From assembly GCA_964577695.1 (NCBI GenBank), contig CAZOAL010000014.1, positions 49,250 through 113,249 on the forward strand: 64,000 nucleotides of DNA. The letters run 5' to 3'. This stretch comes from an uncultured bacterium (GTDB lineage Bacteria; Poribacteria; WGA-4E; PCPOR2b). Shown piece after piece: positions 61,571 through 64,000 of this stretch. The position numbers were made by a program, and so were the translations under genes. The notes beneath the pieces are model-generated. The model was given only the letters and a program-made list of their open reading frames with translations, did not search any database and was not told the origin of the DNA. Position 1 is the stretch's first letter, and each line of letters opens with the position of its first letter.

Positions 61571-61601
61571 ATTTTATGTAAGCACCGAGTGATTTCGCTT
61601 T

Positions 61602-62063
61602 ATGCCATCTGCATTGAAAGTATCCGTCTTTGATCTGTTATCACCTGTTCTGGCAGATGAAGGAATTGAGTTAGTTGATGTCGAACATGAAGGCAAAGGT
61701 AACCGCCAGGTGTTAAGACTTTTAATCTATAAACCCGGCGGCGTCAAGATTGAGGATTGCCAACAGGTGAGCCGAATCGTCAGCCCGATTCTAGGCGTTC
61801 ATGAAGTGATAAAAGACAAATGGACTTTAGAAGTCGCCTCCCCGGGAGTAGACCGCCCCCTTGTGACGGAAGCGGACTTCCGCAGGAACCTAGGTCGACA
61901 GATTCAAATCGAAGCGTTATCTTCAACGGGGCATTCCTTAAAACTACGCGGCATTCTGAAAGCGGTGAACGAGGGGGCGGTTTTGCTGAATCAACCGTCG
62001 GGGGAAACAACTCAAGTTGGCATTTCAGAGATTACGAAAGCCCAAATCCAACTGATGTGGTAA
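61602..62063 (+). CDS. rimP: Ribosome maturation factor RimP
   Basis: ...GIELVDVEHEGKGNRQVLRLLIYKPGGVKIEDCQQVSR...LEVASPGVDRPL.... Confidence 0.85.
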   Translation: MPSALKVSVFDLLSPVLADEGIELVDVEHEGKGNRQVLRLLIYKPGGVKIEDCQQVSRIVSPILGVHEVIKDKWTLEVASPGVDRPLVTEADFRRNLGRQIQIEALSSTGHSLKLRGILKAVNEGAVLLNQPSGETTQVGISEITKAQIQLMW

Positions 62064-62092
62064 TATCTTGGGTGGATGATGGAGAAAAAACA

Positions 62093-63547
62093 ATGAATAA
62101 TGATCTGCTCATGATCATTCGCCAAATCATGGATCAGACAGAACTACCACGGGAGACCTTCCTGGAAGCGATTGAAGCTGCCTTATATTCAGCAGCGAAG
62201 AGACGTTATGGCTCAACTCGCGGGGTATCCATTCAAATCGATCCTGAGATGGGTGACATTAAATGTTATGTGCCGAAAAAAGTGGTTGAGATCATGCGCC
62301 ACTATGCAAAGGAAATTCCGATTGAGGAAGCCTTAAAAATAAAGCCTGATGTCCAATTAAATGACATTATTACAGTGGAAGTGGATCCAAGAGAGTTTGG
62401 AAGGGTTGAAGCCCAAACCGCCCGTCAAATCCTGGTTCAAAAAATTAAAGAAGCAGAACGTGAACAGGTCTATCAGGAATATAAAGCGCGTGAAGGAGAA
62501 ATTGTTACGGGTCATCTGCAACGCATTGAACGCGGCAATCTCATCCTTGATTTGGAGCGAGCGGAAGGGCTATTGCCCTATAGTGAGATTCCCCACCCGC
62601 ACAATTACCAACGTGGGGATATGCTCAAGTGTCTGGTCCTGGAGGTCCAACGTGATGCCAAGGGGGCACAGATTATTCTTTCTCGAACGCATCCCGGTTT
62701 GATTGCTCGCTTATTTGAAATGGAAGTTCCTGAAATCTATGAAGGATTGGTTCGCATTATGGCGATCGCCCGGGACCCGGGCGATCGAGCCAAGGTTGCG
62801 GTTGCCGCAACCACTGAAAATATTGATGCCGTTGGGACTTGCGTTGGAGTGAAGGGGTCACGGGTTCAGATGGTTGTGCGGGAACTGGAAGGCGAGAAAA
62901 TTGATCTCCTCGAATGGAATCCAGATTCCGCCATTTTTATCGCTAACGCATTGCAGCCTGCCATTGTGGTTCACGTCAATACGAACGAGGAAAACGAAAG
63001 TGCAGAAGTTGTTGTACCGGATAGCCAATTATCCTTAGCGATTGGCAGGCGTGGGCAGAACGCTCGTCTTGCAGCACGTTTGACAGGTTGGAAAATTGAT
63101 ATCAAAAGTGAATCTGAAGTCGAAGCCCAATTGAAGGAAAGCATCACGGGTGAGTTATTCAAACAGGGAGAGATTAAATCCAAATTGGAGAACCGCAGGG
63201 GCGCCGAATCACTCCATCACCCGTCAACTCCTTCTCCTCTCCCCACCTCTCCCCTCCCCTCTAGGGGAGGGGAAGGGGGAGAGGTGGAGGCGAATGGAGT
63301 GATGGGTGAGTCTGGTGCCGGAGTGCCGCAGGAGCCATCTCTCAATGATACTGAAATTGATATTACGGATTTGGAGGGTGTGGGGGCTAAGACTGCAACG
63401 ATTCTCAGGGAGTTTGGGTTTTCAACCGTTGCGTTAATCGCAAACGCAACGCTAGAAGCCCTTTCAGCCGTGCCGGGAATTGGCACTAAAACAGCGGAGA
63501 AAATTCGCCACTCCGCATTGAAGACGCTTTCGACCTCTGAAATCTGA
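62093..63547 (+). CDS. nusA: Transcription termination/antitermination factor NusA
   Basis: MNNDLLMIIRQIMDQTELPRETFLEAIEAAL..., S1 (GEIVTGHLQRIERGNLILDL), KH domains (AVGTCVGVKGSRVQMVV; LAIGRRGQNARLAARLTGWKIDI), and a C-terminal HhH (LEGVGAKTATIL...VPGIGTKTAEKI). Confidence 0.9.
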   Translation: MNNDLLMIIRQIMDQTELPRETFLEAIEAALYSAAKRRYGSTRGVSIQIDPEMGDIKCYVPKKVVEIMRHYAKEIPIEEALKIKPDVQLNDIITVEVDPREFGRVEAQTARQILVQKIKEAEREQVYQEYKAREGEIVTGHLQRIERGNLILDLERAEGLLPYSEIPHPHNYQRGDMLKCLVLEVQRDAKGAQIILSRTHPGLIARLFEMEVPEIYEGLVRIMAIARDPGDRAKVAVAATTENIDAVGTCVGVKGSRVQMVVRELEGEKIDLLEWNPDSAIFIANALQPAIVVHVNTNEENESAEVVVPDSQLSLAIGRRGQNARLAARLTGWKIDIKSESEVEAQLKESITGELFKQGEIKSKLENRRGAESLHHPSTPSPLPTSPLPSRGGEGGEVEANGVMGESGAGVPQEPSLNDTEIDITDLEGVGAKTATILREFGFSTVALIANATLEALSAVPGIGTKTAEKIRHSALKTLSTSEI

Positions 63548-63560
63548 AACGAATTTTAAG

Positions 63561-63848
63561 GTGGTTGGCATGATGGGGTTGCCTATCCGAACCTGTATTG
63601 GATGCCGTAGTAAATTTCCTAAGAAAGATTTGCTTCGATTTGTTTGCAATTCGACCGGAAACCTCCGAGCAGATCCAACAGGTAAGTTACCGGGACGCGG
63701 TGCTTATGTTTGCCTCTCTCAAGCGTGCATTAACGCCGCTTTTAAGTCGCATAAAATTCCGACGCTCTTGCGAGTGAATCTCCCAAAGCACGCGGTGGAT
63801 GTGTTCAAACAGGAGCTCCTTGACCTGGTGAATTCCGAGAAACGCTAA
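63561..63848 (+). CDS. ylxR: YlxR/RnpM-family (DUF448) RNA-binding protein
   Basis: RTCIGCRSKFPKKDLLRFV...GKLPGRGAYVC. Confidence 0.8.
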   Translation: MVGMMGLPIRTCIGCRSKFPKKDLLRFVCNSTGNLRADPTGKLPGRGAYVCLSQACINAAFKSHKIPTLLRVNLPKHAVDVFKQELLDLVNSEKR

Positions 63849-63880
63849 TACCGATTTAGGCTTGGGATTGCCCTATGAGA

Positions 63881-63962
63881 AGAAGGAATGGAATGGAAGG
63901 AAGAACCGTCATTCCTTCCCTCCGTGCAGGTTTCCTGCTCTCATTCTTCCCTTTCTTCCCCC
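63881..63962. repeat. GGAAGG/CCTTCC-type inverted repeat block after ylxR
   Basis: agaaggaatggaatggaaggaagaacc...attccttccctcc...ttcttccctttcttccc. Confidence 0.75.
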
Positions 63963-64000
63963 AGAGAAACCTTTGGGGAAAAGTCAATCCTAAATCAGTA

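Overview
A 64-kb bacterial chromosomal window with about 60 plausible protein genes and roughly balanced GC by eye. I found no convincing rRNA or tRNA gene.

Housekeeping anchors:
- purM, purF, mutS, nadC and the rimP-nusA-ylxR operon start.

Other gene content:
- A sensor kinase with an NtrC-type regulator, and a GAF/HD-GYP protein.
- BatC/D/E-like TPR proteins.
- Four Gfo/Idh/MocA oxidoreductases plus one fragment.
- Two FGE/SUMF1-type lipoproteins, a CRTAC1 (FG-GAP/ASPIC) protein, and WD40 and LamG proteins.
- An orphan EutN/CcmL microcompartment vertex protein and an orphan FliG-like protein.
- Four retropepsin-like aspartic proteases.
- Two Rpn/PD-(D/E)XK transposase-like genes.
- Many small toxin-antitoxin-like pairs: PIN, HicB, DUF433/DUF2283, DUF4160/DUF2442, and a YgiT zinc finger.

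This gene mix suggests an uncultured marine or host-associated lineage of the Planctomycetota/Poribacteria kind. That is a low-confidence inference.

The most unusual content is non-coding:
1. Nearly every intergenic spacer is filled with tandem 7-8-nt repeats (GTGAAAC, CTGAATC/TGCATCT, GGAAGGAT, GGTGTTA, ATGCTAA, CGTAAAA). These are often arranged as inverted blocks, and they spuriously extend ORFs or contribute to signal peptides.
2. Several families of perfect hairpins recur: AGACTTCCGAAGTCT, GAAACCGAGTTTTT, and GGATT-TGSC-AATCC.
3. At least three MITE families have clear terminal inverted repeats (TIRs) and target-site duplications (TSDs).
4. GC-rich palindromic elements appear to be inserted in-frame into three genes. 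These are the NtrC-type activator (replacing its GAFTGA loop), CRTAC1, and NusA.
5. Region 31.7-33.3 kb is a gene graveyard. It holds a probable cas1 remnant, one orphan CRISPR-like repeat, and a caspase-family pseudogene split by two MITEs and two in-frame stops.

All calls rest on my own reading of the ORF translations and the DNA. No database search was possible.
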